Shown: one piece after another, positions 97,973-111,932 of the stretch
Layout of the letters: each line of letters begins with the position of its first letter
How positions within the stretch are numbered: the stretch's first letter is position 1
DNA from: Wallemia ichthyophaga EXF-994
Taxonomy: Eukaryota; Fungi; Basidiomycota
Length of the DNA stretch: 248,000 bases
Direction: 5' to 3'
Assembly: GCF_000400465.1 (NCBI RefSeq)
Contig: NW_008806285.1
Span: 20,001 to 268,000 of the forward strand
Made by a program: the position numbers and the translations under genes
The notes under the pieces: model-generated
Told to the model about the DNA's origin: nothing
What the model saw: only the letters and a program-made list of their open reading frames with translations
Databases searched by the model: none

Positions 97973-99157
97973 CTATAGACCCCCGAATATTTCGCGAAGC
98001 TTTCCCATTAGTGCGCTGGCTTTTCCATGCGGTCTCCTCGGCGACTGTTCTGGCGGAGTGTGATGATGATGATGGTGCGGTGATGGCGTCACAGCAGCTT
98101 CTCTCGCGCGCTGAAGCTCACTATCAAGCAGCAGCAAGCCTCTGCGAGTAGATGGTGGTGCTATTGCGTTATATGATTTGATCGCACCGTTCACGCGATC
98201 CAACAAAATCATGTGATACGATTGCTGACGCTGTTCCCAATCTCTATCGCGGGGTACGTACGTGGGTGTATGCGTAGGAGCATGGTCGCTTTTGCAGTCA
98301 TTTGCTGTTATGCGCCCAGTATACCTCCATCTCTTTGTGTACTCCTCACGCAGATAATTTCTCAATGACGTCACCTCGCCCTCCATCAACATCTGTAACT
98401 CGACGAACGCAGGCACAGCGCCCTGTCTACTGATAAGTCTATTCATGAGGAACTCCTCGCGATCAATGAAGGGGTTTCCTTCCGACACGCTCCCGAGCGG
98501 TTCACCTTTTCCTGGAAGATTGTTAAACTGACCTTGCCGCTGAGCGCGTTGAATCTGCACCTCCACAAGCGACTGCCATCCCTCTAGAGACTGAGGGCGA
98601 GGGCGGAACTGCGATTGTTGGTGCTCGTTGTTCTGTATGTCGTCGAGACTGCCCGTCAACGAGTAATCAATTGCGCCATCCCGCGCATTGACCAGACGAC
98701 GCTGTCTGTCTTTGGATTTCTTTGTATCACGAATCAACGCCTTTGTCTTGGAGTCGGGGTTAAGGGATTGTAATTTCTGGCGCGCCTGCGACTGGAGATT
98801 GCGGGCTCTGTAGATAGACGGCTGTTTACTGCGTGAAGCATGGGAGGGTTGCACGAACTCAGCATCCCACGGCATGAAGTTGGGGTCTGAAGGGATCAGG
98901 TTGTCTGTGGGGGATAGTGGCTGCTGTACGGTTTTGAGCTTTGAATCACCATAATGATCCTTTCTGCCGTCTCTGAGAGGTTTACGGGAGTCGATTAGCA
99001 TACGGAGTGTTGTGTGGTGTGGATGCTCGTCGCCATCCCAAGCATCTTCGGAGTGATTCGTGGGCGATAGATGTTTAGGCTGATCATTAACCTCCTTTAA
99101 AGCATCCCTGAACAACCGCCGTTTAGATTTATCGAGAAGGCTGAGCGAGTTTCGCAT
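97973..99157 (-). CDS. DUF1992 / DNAJC28-like protein
   Basis: QIQRAQRQGQFNNLPGKGEP, NRLISRQGAVP, YNAIAP. Confidence 0.75.
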   Translation of the reverse strand: MRNSLSLLDKSKRRLFRDALKEVNDQPKHLSPTNHSEDAWDGDEHPHHTTLRMLIDSRKPLRDGRKDHYGDSKLKTVQQPLSPTDNLIPSDPNFMPWDAEFVQPSHASRSKQPSIYRARNLQSQARQKLQSLNPDSKTKALIRDTKKSKDRQRRLVNARDGAIDYSLTGSLDDIQNNEHQQSQFRPRPQSLEGWQSLVEVQIQRAQRQGQFNNLPGKGEPLGSVSEGNPFIDREEFLMNRLISRQGAVPAFVELQMLMEGEVTSLRNYLREEYTKRWRYTGRITANDCKSDHAPTHTPTYVPRDRDWEQRQQSYHMILLDRVNGAIKSYNAIAPPSTRRGLLLLDSELQRAREAAVTPSPHHHHHHTPPEQSPRRPHGKASALMGKLREIFGGL

Positions 99158-99268
99158 CTGAGTGAGTAATATAGCTGTTAGTGCGCTGCTATTCAAATAT
99201 TTTATAAAATAATCAAATTTATCCAAAGTATCCAGATTTCTGGAATTTATCTTTATCGGCTTCCTCAA

Positions 99269-100156
99269 ATGCCGTCATCACCTTTGCAAGTCGTCGGTGG
99301 ACACAAAGATACAATCGAACTAGACGAGGATGATATGCTGATAAAAACTACAAACCCAACTGAACTCGATTTCTACCAGTCTGTTAACATCGCTCACTCG
99401 ATCTACCACCACATTCCACACTTCTACGGCGCGTTGAAGCTCCACAGCGCACCCAACCCTCCCAGCGCTGAAGACGCGCCTAAAGAGGTGCGTCTGTTCC
99501 ACCTAAACACACACTCTCACTCCAATTCCAGGCTATTGTCCTCGAAAACCTCACAGATTACTTCAGCATACCCAACATATGCGATATCAAACTAGGCAAG
99601 GTGCTCTATGATGACCACGCCACCCCTGAGAAGCAGCAGCGCATGGAGCAGTCCTCCATCAACACCACCAGTCATGCCACTGGCATCCGCTTCACTGGCT
99701 TCAAGGTGCGTGTCTTCTCCCTGTCTTACCTCTCTAAAATCAAGACACTAGGTTTGGAATACTGCTAAGGAGGATTATGACGTCACCGATAAGGCGTACG
99801 GCAAATCTCTCACCCCTCAACAGCTCCCTGATGCTTTGAGGAGGTTCATACCCATACCACACTCCCTCACCATCAAACAACTCAAATTCGTCGTCTCCTC
99901 TATCCATTCTCAGCTCCTTTCTGTACGTGACGCCGTCTCTCTCATGCCCTTCCGCTCTATCAGCTCCTCTATCCTCATCGTTCATGAGGCCGACTCAGAC
100001 GACTTCCTCGAAGAACAGGCTGCCATGGTCAAACTCATTGACTTTGCTCATACCAGACTGACAGACGCTGACACGCCCGATATGAATATATTGGCTGGTA
100101 TCGACACATTGATTGACCTAGTGTACAATTATAAAGAATACATTAATCAGTTGTAG
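99269..100156 (+). CDS. Inositol polyphosphate multikinase
   Basis: QVVGGH, P...D.KLG, KLIDFAH. Confidence 0.85.
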
Positions 100157-100177
100157 ACTATCTTGGTATTTGGTATA

Positions 100178-102116
100178 TTATTGTCTCGCTCTTGCTCTCG
100201 GCGCCTTGTTTTCATCGTTAGTTTCTCTCGTCTCACTAGTTTCGGTTATGTGCAGCTTCTCAGCCAGGCCTCTGATTTTGATTGATGCGCTTCTCTTGCG
100301 CTCTCTGTGATTTTTGGAGATACTGCCATACCTCTCCAATCCCCACAGCATCACTTCACTCTTCCCCACCTTGACTTTATCGAGATTGAGGCCCTGTTTT
100401 TCCATCTCATTGAGAAAAATTTTGAAGTGATTCTGTGAAGCAATGTGTGTTAATTTGGTTTATTTAAGCACTCGCCCACTCGCAACTCACTATGGAAGAT
100501 CTGTAATGTCCACTCAGCGGACTAAGCGCTGAAATTTGACCATTTCGCACCCTAATCAACCCCGCACTTGAGACAAGGCCGCCAGAGAGGAAGGACGAGT
100601 GCTGAAAAGTCCCTGTCGATTTGATCCCAACAAACATATTATCTGGGAGGTTGCCGGCTGGTTAGATGGTCCATGGCGCATTCTAACACCCACACTGCAT
100701 ATCAGACACCTGCGCAGTTCACGTCAGACATGATCCACTCTCAAACACACTCATCTTCACTTACATATATCCACGTATTCTTTCCGACAGTTTTACGCAG
100801 AAGCCTATCCATGATACCACGCGCTGTGTATTTATGGTGAGTTTTGTCATCCTTCTTGTCATCTAAATCAATCATGTCATGGGCGTGTTCATATGCATCG
100901 TCGCGCTCTCTCTGCGCAATCTCATCATCATCATCAGAGCTGGAGGGGGAGTCAAACGATGTCCACACGGAGCTATCTTCGCTGATAGACGACCTGTTAT
101001 CTTGTGCATGCTGCTGATACTGTTCACACTGCCCACCCTCGAAGCCTTCCTGAAGTGGTATTATCCCAGACCCATCTCCAGAATCCTGCCATCTGTCCGG
101101 AGCTGTATCCACCGCTTCACCATTTTTTGCCCAGTGCAGCAGACCTGTCAAAGGATTAGGCACTACGAGGTAGCTGTTATGTGTTAAATCGCGTTCAAAA
101201 CCACTCTAAACCCACTTCAGGCGCTGTTCAGCAGAGCAGTAAAAGATCTGCTCTTTGTCCAATCGCTCACGCGGGCATTCATCGAGATCGAGGTGGGTGC
101301 CCTCACCGTAATCGAGCCTGAGACCAGGTGAAAACGTTAGCATCAAGCACCGTCCGCCAAAAGGCACGCAACTCACCACCGGAAAAAGTTATCAGATGTA
101401 CCTGAAACCGACCATAATTTATGGTAGCATTTTAAATTAACACCATAACGATGTTTTGTGTCAATCATTTCGAGCCAGTGCTGCTCTTCTAGTCGCTTTG
101501 ATTGTTTTTCCTGTAATGCCTGCGTGGGTTTCTGGTCAGGACCTACGCGTCCCTGCAGGCGTCTTTCCACATCCCTCTTCTTGGATTTGGCTTTAGAAAT
101601 GAATTTAAGATTTAGGACCTTCTCAGCCGCTCCTTCTTTACCGCCGTTCTCTTCTTTCTTCGTAAGCATCTCTTGCACTTTCGCAGAGACTTGTTTTGGG
101701 TCTTGATCTTGGTCTTGGTATTGGTCTCTCGAGGACAGGCCATCGTGCAGGCGCGACGCGAAGAATCCAGCTCTTTGGAAACGTTCTGTCGCGCTGTTGC
101801 GCCGTGCACTCGTCTGGCTCAGCACTGCCTCCTTCATTTTGAGATCTGCAACGGGCGATAAGCTGTGCTGATACAGAGAGCAACATGCAATGTGCTTACC
101901 GGTTAAAATTTCTAAGAATGCGTCAGATACACCACACACAAAATTCCTCACCTACCTGACCATCTCGTTGCTGCTGCCAATCGCTGCTGCTGCACTTGGA
102001 TCCTATCAAGGCGACCCCTGAAAACAGCCTATAGTTGCGCTTAGAGTATCTCGAGACCCTGCTTGTGACCCCACCTGTATCTTAATCGCCGCTTGTTCTG
102101 CTTTCTCGTCGTTCAT
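100178..102116 (-). CDS. IQ calmodulin-binding motif protein
   Basis: AAIKIQ; WLEMIDTKHRYGVNLKCYH; SGHY. Confidence 0.75.
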
Positions 102117-102182
102117 TTCTCCTACCTCGCTGCGGCTGCGTGAGAGTTTAATTATAGATACATGCTTTTATGTACAAAAATC

Positions 102183-103650
102183 CTAGATAAAATCTATAAA
102201 AGTACGCGTGGGATCACTCTCGTCGTGTGGTATGTACTTGGGGAACTGCACTTGCTTTGTCAGACACTCAGTTTTCTTGGCATCCACCACACTTACCCAG
102301 TGATTAGCAGCCACGTTCGGCGACACTAGCTGCTGGGGAATCTTGAGACCACCGGGCTGTGATATAGCGGCTGTCAGAGACGTGGGCGACAGCTGCCCGT
102401 TGTTCTCGCTTTTCGCCGGCTTAGAGCAGCAGCTGGGAGGAGCGTCAACCTTTGGTATGTCCAATTTGAGACTATTTGATTGAGTTGGTAGCGTGAGTGT
102501 ATTCGTACTTGCACTTGCACTTGCACTCGAGCTCGGATTACCATTCGCCTCTGCTTCGCAATTGCACGACGTGCAGCAACCGCAGCAGCTCTCCTCACAC
102601 CTGCATTCCACGCCCAAAGCCTGGCACTGGCAGCTCCCGCCACAGCATTCAGTCTCTAAGGGAGGTAGTCTCGTTATGCCCCTGTTGCGTGGATCGTAGA
102701 GCTGCTGCCAGCTCTGCAGCCCAAGTGTTCCGCCATCTACATAGCTATCGATATTGCTGCTAATACCTTGCGGCGGAAAAGGAACTAAAGAGCTAGCCTT
102801 CTGTAGAAACTCCTCCAAATTGCCGCACTCTGACTTCTTGAGCAGCTCGTGCACGTTGATCTCGTCACACCCACACGTAGCGCTCTCTTCCGGAGTATAG
102901 TTTGGTGCTTCTGCTTGGGTTTCGGTCTGTGCAGGCAGAGGAGGGTTTCTGTGAGTGAGACAGCCGGGACATGCACACGAAGGCCCACACGAGCAATGCC
103001 CAATGACGTCGGCGATAGACGGCAGCATATTAGTTACGAATGCGCGCTTCTTTTCGGAGCAGTTGCAGCGGCCGCCTACTTTGCATCTGCAGGGATTCAT
103101 CAGGCGCTCGAGTGAAATCATGCTTGGCTCGCCCTCTTTCTGTGCTTGTGGGGGGAGAAGGCTGGAGTAAGCGTCTTTCAAGCCATTAGGGTAGTGTGCT
103201 TGAGGGGGCAAGGGAGCTCTCTCGCCTTTTTTTAGTTTGCGCGGTGGTGGGCCATCCTTGCCATTACCGTTACAATTGCTCTTAGGCGCAGGTTCTTGCC
103301 GGTCCTGGCAAACGCATTTGGAGCTGCTCTGGGGAGTGTAAGGATGGTAATATCTTAGTATCCTTATCACCACGACTCACATTGCCATCCTTGCGCTGAT
103401 CCTTGCATTTGGTACACTGCGCCGGCGGTCTGCCCTTTCTCTTCACTTCAAAAAGCGGGCGATCGTCATGGGCGCACGAGGAGGATCTGTGGCCTGGTGA
103501 ACGTTAGTATGGCTGCGCTGGGCCGCTCAACTAACCCTTTATACAAGTCGCGCTGCGAAGTGTTAGCAGATAAAGACGAGGAATTTACAGACAAACCACG
103601 CCAATTTAACGCCATTTATGAAAGGCTTTGGGAAGTTAGTGAGGATACGT
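102183..103650 (-). CDS. Copper-fist transcription factor
   Basis: CATCIKGHRSSSCAH...KKGRPPAQC exons; Cys-rich body; start approximate. Confidence 0.8.
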
Positions 103651-104056
103651 CGCTTGCTGATATCACTCACCATCCCTGCCTATCTCAGTTTGATGTGATG
103701 ATGTGAGCGAAGAAAGAGTCAAGGCTGGATAGTATTTTGTTTATTCGCACGGCTAGCAAAGGGAATTCGAATAGCAGCTACAACAGTCTAGCGGATGTTG
103801 AAATCCATTACCCGATTACAGCCGCGAGATGGCTTTGGTATTTGAAGTGTATGCGTAGTAATAAGGGTTTTAGTCTTAATTAGACATATCTGCACTCTCT
103901 TAATCCGAACAGTCTAAAGCTCTCAAGAATTGATCATCCATCACGACGAAAATCTTCATTCCACCTCAAAAAATAAAGAAATTAAGTTATTGTTCATTGT
104001 TTCACTAATTAGATCCCCAAAAGGGAGAATACAAGGGTTAATAAGTAGTGATCGCC

Positions 104057-104432
104057 TTAGATGACAGAGATTGGAGTACAGCCCTTGAGAGTGTGTTAGA
104101 CAGTATGTTAGATCGAAGAAGCGAGTACACACCAAGTTGGCAAGTCCATTTTGGGTTTGACCGCTGCAGCAAGCAGAGGTGGTCTTACATTGGTTAGAGA
104201 TTGGTACACCAACGACGGCCGCGACTTGGTCACATTGCAATCCAACTTGGCCAGCCAATTCGTCGATACCGAGCAACTCGAGGGTAGCGGTGTCGATGGA
104301 TGAGGCATCCTTGACTTGGTTACAGCACTTGACGTTGCTGGTTGAGCAGTCGCCTGCTCTCATTTGAAGGTTCGATGCAAGGGATGCTGAGAAGAAAGCA
104401 GTGGCAGTGAGGGCGATGGTTGAGAATTGCAT
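104057..104432 (-). CDS. Class I hydrophobin
   Basis: Signal peptide; C-X6-CC-X29-C-X14-C-X5-CC-X12-C after one intron. Confidence 0.93.
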
Positions 104433-105138
104433 TGTTGAAGACTTGAGTGTTATGAGTTGAAGAACTGGGATGATAATGGCACGGTATTTATACTCTCGCA
104501 GGTAAATTGAATTAATTTGTGACAATGTTTCGGCGAACTCGAACATTAGAACCTCGACTCGAATAGGAAAGTGAGACAGGAAGTATATTAAATTTGGTTC
104601 CATACGCGGTTAGCTACACTTAAGTAGTTAAATTGGGTCACAAACACGCCTAATGATGCTTACTTGATTCGCCGCTTTAAAATTGCATAAACACGTAAAT
104701 CGCAACAATGAGGAGGAGATGGCGTATGTATTGGGGTGCTACCGAACCATACAAAGTACAGACAGTGCTTCGATACTCAAAGTTAGATCAAATCGATTGC
104801 GTCAGAGGTGCTCGCACACAAGCCAACTCCCAGCGCTCACAAAGCCTCAAAACACTGTGACTTGCCAGTCTATTCACACCAAACACTTCGAGGCCCCTGT
104901 AATATAGCGACGTTGACCAAACCACATCCCAATTTAGCGACGTGAAATGAGACACAGACCTGTAGAAATGCATATGTGGACAATTTTACAAACCACTCCA
105001 CACCAACTGCACACGTGATGACAACGCCTGCTCGCTCTTAACTACCGTTAAGCGATGATGCTCGCTAAAGTGCCCTTGTCGAGCAGGCGACTATACACTC
105101 CGTTGAGCATTACGACGAGACTAATACACACTTCAAAA

Positions 105139-106712
105139 ATGACAAGTGCTCCTGTGAGTTGACTGTGCGCTACAGTCTCCGCCGCGCTGACGCCATCACA
105201 GCAACTCAGCAACGCATCACTCTGGCAAACCAAGGGATTCATAAATAACCAATGGGTCGACAGCGAAAATGGCGCTACGTTCCAAGTCACTGATCCTGGC
105301 AACGGCAACAACCTCGGCTCTGTTCCAGAGATGGGTGTCGCCGAGACACGTAGAGCCATCGATGCCGCCGGCGAGGCGTACAAGACCTTCTCCAAGACTA
105401 CGGCCAAATCCAGACAAGATCTTCTCAACAGAATCTTCGCACTTATCAGTCAGAATGCCGACGATTTGGCCAAGATTGTCACCGTTGAGAACGGTAAACC
105501 ACTAGCAGATGCCAAGGTGAGTTTGGAGTGTGTGTATGTGTGCATATCGATTTAAACTCACACGCAATCCAGGGCGAAGTCGGATATGGTAACAGCTTCT
105601 TTGAGTGGTTCGCAGGCGAAGCAGTGAGGACATACGGCGATGTAGTCCCAGCAGCCAATCCAGACCTTCGCAATATCGTTATAAAGCAACCTATCGGTGT
105701 TTGTGGCATCCTCACTCCCTGGAACTTCCCAGTCGCGATGATAACGCGCAAATTAGCACCAGCAATCGCTGCAGGTTGCACAGCTGTGATTAAAACACCA
105801 GCAGAGACTCCATACTCTGCCCTGGCTATCGCACACCTCTGTAAAGAAGCAGGTGTGCCAGCCGGTGTAGTTAACGTCATTACGACCGACAAGAATGTCG
105901 CTCAAGTCGGCAAGGAGATTTGCGAGAACGGAATCGTCAAGAAAGTGTCCTTCACAGGCTCTACACGTGTCGGTAAAATTCTCATGCAACAATCGAGCAA
106001 CACGCTGAAGAAGCTGTCATTCGAACTCGGCGGAAATGCGCCTTTCATCGTTTTCGATGATGCTGATATAGATGCCGCTGTTGCTGGTGCACTTGCATGT
106101 AAATTCAGATCATCTGGTCAGACATGCGTCTGTGCGAACAGAATCTACGTACAGTCAGCTGTTTACGCCGAATTCGCCTCTCGTCTCGCTGAGAAAGTTG
106201 ATCAGTTCAAACTCGGTTATGGACTCGACGAGGGTACGACACATGGTCCACTCATCGCTGAGAGAGCCCTTGACAAGGTGCAGGAGCATGTTGATGACGC
106301 CGTCAAGCGCGGTGCAGAGGTGCTCAGCGGTGGTAAGAAACTCGGTGGCAATTATTTCGCCCCTACCGTCCTCGCTAATGTCCCATCTGACGCTCTGGTC
106401 AACTGCGACGAGACTTTCGGCCCCCTTGCTGCACTTACCAAATTCGACACAGAAGAACAAGTCGTCAAGCTGGCTAATGATGTAAACGTCGGTTTGGCTG
106501 GATACATGTATTCGCGCGATATCGGTCGCGTATGGCGCGTGTCGGAGGCACTCGAAGTGGGCATGATCGGTGCTAACGCTCCTATTCTCTCACAAGCATG
106601 CATTCCATTCGGTGGCCAGAAGGAGAGTGGTTTCGGTAGAGAAGGTGGTAAGCAGGGCATAGAGGAGTATCAAACTACCAAGTTGATTGCTATGGGCGGT
106701 GTCACTGTGTAA
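105139..106712 (+). CDS. UGA2: Succinate-semialdehyde dehydrogenase
   Basis: TPWNFP, SFTGSTRVG, ELGGNAP, SGQTCVC, ETFGP. Confidence 0.92.
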
Positions 106713-106891
106713 TTTGGACTGTATAGTATATTCAACGAATGAATGTCTTTTGATAGCATAATGAAGCATGTTATTCCGTTTTATTCTGGTGGATATGCGT
106801 CTGCATTGGTACAGACTGACCTGCTGAGTGTCTGATCGAAGTACGGCCTGCACAAGTGCATCAGAGTGTGTAAAGCAGCATATGTGCATAC

Positions 106892-107791
106892 TTACCCCAC
106901 GTGCGCTTCTTTGGAGCGTTGGAAGATGTTAAACTTATCAGTGCATCTGTCGTCCTCGCGCCCGATGCAGTGTGCAGCAGGTGTAGGTATATCATTTTCG
107001 TCTTGCTTGGGTATGTAGACCTCCCCTGCGTAATGCTTGTATGGCCAACCAGGGAGGTGAGGTACTTTATCATTCTGGTTTGTAACACGTGCCCTCTTAT
107101 CCAGTGGTATAGTCTTTTCCAACAATCCAGCAAACTGCTCATTGCCCACGCGAGGACTACCGAAAGTGGTCAGACGCAGATCATACCCTCGATCTTTGAC
107201 GATGCTGCTAAGGGCGACAGCTTCAATAGCCGCGCTAGCAGCACCCATGGAATGGCCTTCGAACCGCACCACACTAATCTTATCACCAAGCCTATCCATC
107301 GCTGCTATCAGTCTCTTCTTCAATTCCTCGTATGTCTTATTAACTGAGCGCAGAAACCCAGAGTGCACAGAAATTCCAGCAGAGCTGTTTACGCCCATAT
107401 CATCTAAAAGGACAGCGTCTATTGCCGTCAGGAAGAAATTAGCGTCGATAAGCACGCTAAGGAAGCTTGAGAAATTGGTGGGGGAGTGTGCTACAACCAA
107501 AGCGTTTTCTGAGTGGACATGCATCAGATATATCCACGGGTCGCGCTCGCCGTCTCCATCCGAGTAGAGAATCTCCGCACCGGCGTCACTGAGCTTGTCG
107601 CATGCAGGGCCACAGTCAAAGGCAGTCACAGCACGACTTCCACAGGACACAGCACCCGATACGACCGCTGAGGAGATGTAGCGGGCAGCTTGCTCGTCTG
107701 TTACGGGAGAGAGCTCTTGCTGACGGGCGATGAGCGCGGGAACAGCAGCAGCCCAAGCGCAGAGAGCGAGTAATAGAAGTACCAGCCTCAT
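106892..107791 (-). CDS. Secreted class 3 lipase
   Basis: Signal peptide, VHSGF, GHSMGAA, DKVPHLP. Confidence 0.88.
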   Translation of the reverse strand: MRLVLLLLALCAWAAAVPALIARQQELSPVTDEQAARYISSAVVSGAVSCGSRAVTAFDCGPACDKLSDAGAEILYSDGDGERDPWIYLMHVHSENALVVAHSPTNFSSFLSVLIDANFFLTAIDAVLLDDMGVNSSAGISVHSGFLRSVNKTYEELKKRLIAAMDRLGDKISVVRFEGHSMGAASAAIEAVALSSIVKDRGYDLRLTTFGSPRVGNEQFAGLLEKTIPLDKRARVTNQNDKVPHLPGWPYKHYAGEVYIPKQDENDIPTPAAHCIGREDDRCTDKFNIFQRSKEAHVG

Positions 107792-108056
107792 ACAGGAAGT
107801 TTAGGTTTTGATTAAAGAGCTTTGATTTAGTCTAGATAAGCCGGTCTGCATGCCTAAGTGCATTCTTCGCAGCATAGGACACTAGCGGAAGAGGAAGCGG
107901 GATATGTACAGAATGGCTACAAGTACAACACACACAAAAAGATACAGCGATTTATGAAATCACGTTATGTCATTTGCTCAATTTTAACTTTGGTCTGAGG
108001 AGCAACTAAAATTTCTTCCCACTCGAACGTCAACGTCCAGTCAAACGATAACTAAA

Positions 108057-109959
108057 ATGGCTCCACTGTCAGCATCAAAGGCTAAGAGACAGCAAGATAA
108101 GGAGGCTAAGGCTGCCGCCAAAGGACAATCCACCACCAAGTCCTCAAAGTCTGGCACTGATTCTACTGGGATTACTGATGGTAGCGATGTAAAGAAGCTC
108201 TCCGTAGCTGCTGATAGGTCGGTCTGGAATGCTTAGCCACTCTCCGTCTAACACCTTCCACAGATCCACTGCTGGTGTTCTCGTTTCTGATCCAAAGGGA
108301 CGTGACGTTAAGCTTGATGGTTTCACTCTCTCTTTCCACGGACGTCTTCTCATTGAATCCGCTGAAGTTTCCCTCAACTACGGTCAACGTTATGGTCTTC
108401 TTGGTGAAAACGGCTCCGGTAAAACTACCTTCCTGGAAGCATTGGCAGAGCGTGATATCGAAATCCCTGAGCACATTGATATTCACTTGGTAGCAGGTGA
108501 GGCTGACCCTAGTGATGTTAACGCTATGGACTTCATTATCGCATCCGCAAAGGAGAAGGTCGCACGTCTTGAGCAACAGATCGAAGATATGTCCACTGAG
108601 GACAATGTCGATGAATTGGCTTTGGAGTCAAAGATGGAGGAACTTGATGAACTTGACCCATCAACTTTCGAAGCTAGAGCTGGTCTCATTCTTACCGGTC
108701 TTGGTTTCTCTCTTCAAATGATGAACAAACCAACCAAGGATATGTCTGGTGGTTGGAGAATGCGTGTTACTCTCGCCCGTGCTCTTTTCATCAAACCTCA
108801 CTTACTCTTGCTCGATGAGCCAACTAACCACTTGGATTTGGAAGCCGTCGTTTGGCTTGAAGCTTATCTCTCTACTTACAACCACATTCTTGTCATCACT
108901 TCTCACTCTGCTGATTTCATGGACAGTGTCTGTACCAACATCATGGATCTCACCAACAAGCGTAAACTCCAATACTACGGTGGTAACTACTCCATCTACT
109001 GCCGTACCAAGGCTGAAAATGAAACAAACCAAATGAAAGCATACGCTAAGCAGCAAGAAGAAATTCAGCACATTAAGAAGTTCATTGCTTCTGCTGGTAC
109101 TTATGCTAACTTGGTTAGACAAGCTAAGTCTAAGCAAAAGATTATCGATAAGATGGAGGCTGCTGGTTTAATTGAACCTGTCTCTCAAGCAAGACCATTG
109201 AGATTCAACTTTGAAGACATTAGAAAATTACCACCACCAATTATTGCATTCAATGATGTCGCATTCTCTTACTCTGGTAAACCTGAAGACTACCTCTACA
109301 AAGATCTCTCATTCGGTATTGATATGGACTCACGTATCGCTATCGTTGGTCAGAATGGTACTGGTAAATCTACTCTTTTAAACCTCATCACTGGTCACCT
109401 CCAATCTGTCGATGGTACCGTGTCAAGACACGCAGGTTTGAAGCTTGGTAAATACTCTCAACACTCTGCTGATCAACTTCCATACGACAAGACTCCTGTT
109501 GAACACTTGGAGGCATCTTACAAGGAGAAATTCCCTAACAAAGATTATCAATTCTGGCGTTCTCAGCTTGGTAGATTCGGTATTTCAGGTGCACACCAAA
109601 CAGCTCCAATTGCTCACTTGTCTGATGGTTTGAGAAACCGTGTCGTTTTCTCCATGTTGGCTATGGATCAACCTCACATTCTTCTCCTCGATGAGCCTAC
109701 TAACCACTTGGATATGGAATCTATCGATGCTCTTGCACTTGCAGTCAAGGAATTTGAAGGTGGTGTAGTTATTGTCTCTCACGACTTCAGATTGATTTCT
109801 CAAGTCGCTGAAGAATTATGGGAAGTTAAGGATCGCAAGATCTACAACCTTTCTAAGTCCGAAATTGACATTCAACAATACAAGTCTATGCTTCAAAAGA
109901 AATCTGAAGTTTCACTTGAGAAGGCTAAGCTTGGTGGTGCAGGTAAAACCAAGGCTTAG
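108057..109959 (+). CDS. ARB1: ABC-F protein Arb1/ABCF2
   Basis: Two ABC cassettes GENGSGKT / GQNGTGKST, no TM segments. Confidence 0.92.
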
Positions 109960-110149
109960 ATTTGCATTACATTATAAAACTTCTAGCAGCTATTTTTATA
110001 TTAATTTCTTTCTCATTCATATTATGTACATCTTACAACAACTGGACTGTTTTGATCATGGGCTCAGGGTAATACAAACTGCTCGATAATGATGCGAATG
110101 GTTTTGACAAGCAAAGAGGTACGTTTCAATCCTTCTCGACTTTTTCGGC

Positions 110150-111700
110150 GGGGGCGATCTTCCACATTGTCCCTCATTTCAGTCTGTCTCTTTGATTGAC
110201 GCTTAATTATAATGGCTTATGGCTTGTTTGCCACTGTAGGAGCTACGCTGGCCTTTTTTTTCTTCTGGCGACTTTTCAGCAAGTTCCGCCGGCTCGCTGA
110301 GAAATGACAATACAGTTTCTTGAGAAGGTACAGCAGGCAGACTCGTGGCTCCTTTGACATATACAGTACCTATATCAGCAAAGTCGCTTTCGAATAGATC
110401 GTCTCAGATGAAAGGCCTCTATATTGATTCAGGTAGCTCCTTTTGGTTGAGATTCTCGAGTTTGAGCAACTTCCTCATGCTGTGGAGTTTGCTTGACTCG
110501 AAATAGCTGTTTCGATATGCGGATGTTGGATTCCATGGCGGAGACTGTCGCATTTGAGAATTCTCTCTTGCTTAAATTGGCTCCTATTTTGCAGTGTCTA
110601 TGTCGATATATGAACAGTTAAGTCATCCATACTAGAAGCCAATGGCACAGCACTTCTATTCATCAATGAGGGTGATAGTTTGCTGTAGTATTCTTCGCAT
110701 TGCTAAATGAAGACCGTCTTTCACTGACCTCGCTAGATTTATCTCGACATAAGGAGACTGTCTCAGTTTTATTTATACCATTCCTTTGTAGCAATGAACC
110801 TGTATGTTCATTTTGCCTATGCGTCGCTGCTGTTGATACGATAAGATCCCAGAAAACGTAACAACTTTACTACTAGAGTGATCATCTGGCCCAACAGGAG
110901 TGGATTGGTTCATAAATTCACTGATAGATGCGAAAGTTCGATTGACATTTGGTGGAGTAGAGGGCAATCCACTTTCTTATTACCTATCAGAAAACCTTCT
111001 TGAGGCACGTTTCACGGTTGTTGGTGCTTCATCGCTTTTAGAATTGCTGGCTTGGCTTGTCTCAGGTCTCTTTGATGGTGGCGAATATTTAGTTTTCGTG
111101 TATCAAAGTGAGTCGGCAGGATATTTTGCGTTTTATAAATTGCTCATGTCGCTTTTGTCGGCTATCTACGTTAGTGATCTAGTATGTCTTGAAGGCGATC
111201 GTTCAGCTCCTTTCTTTTTACGAGTCAATTGAATTCCTACAATTTTCGGTCAACTTTATTTCTTCTCTAGGTATCGATGTTTCAGCTTCGTTGTTATTAG
111301 AGTTGACTGATTTATTTTGGATTGCGCGATGGGCCGATGGTCCTATTTCGATGTTTGAGATGTTGCTATTTCTTACACAGCTCGACGGTGGAGTTATTTA
111401 GCCCCTGCGCTGTGGTGTATCATTTCTGTTCTTCGACGATGAACATTCGTCGTTCCTTGTCAATGATGTGTCGCATTTTCGTCAGTCGTTGAGAGGCTAT
111501 ACCGAAATGTAAACTCGTTTGTATTGATAGCTATATTCTGGATAGACGAAATCACGCCACTGACATCCGAAAAAGCGACATCTTGCTCGTCCTTGTCAAG
111601 CGTAAGATTTTCGACCTTAATTGTCTGTGGTTGAAACATGATTTTCGTCCTCGACGGGTGAGTGATTATTAATTTTGTTCTGGGCGCTATCAACATTGAG
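110150..111700 (-). pseudogene. Decayed coding-like region
   Basis: Short same-strand ORF fragments interrupted by stops over ~1.5 kb. Confidence 0.3.
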
Positions 111701-111932
111701 ATTGATCAGCTAAATGCACTATCAGGCGCCCTTTCATCTTTCCCAGGACTAGCCTAGCGTTTTAATTCCGTGGAGAAAGCGAGCAATCCTTGATAAAAAG
111801 TACAATGTGAATCTCACGGGAATAATTACAAGATAGAGTTTGTTTAGCTTATTATTTGATTTAATGCTTGCCTTGTTTGTGTTTTCACCTTTTTTTGTTT
111901 CATTTCTAATTGAAGAGGTGACACGACAAGCC

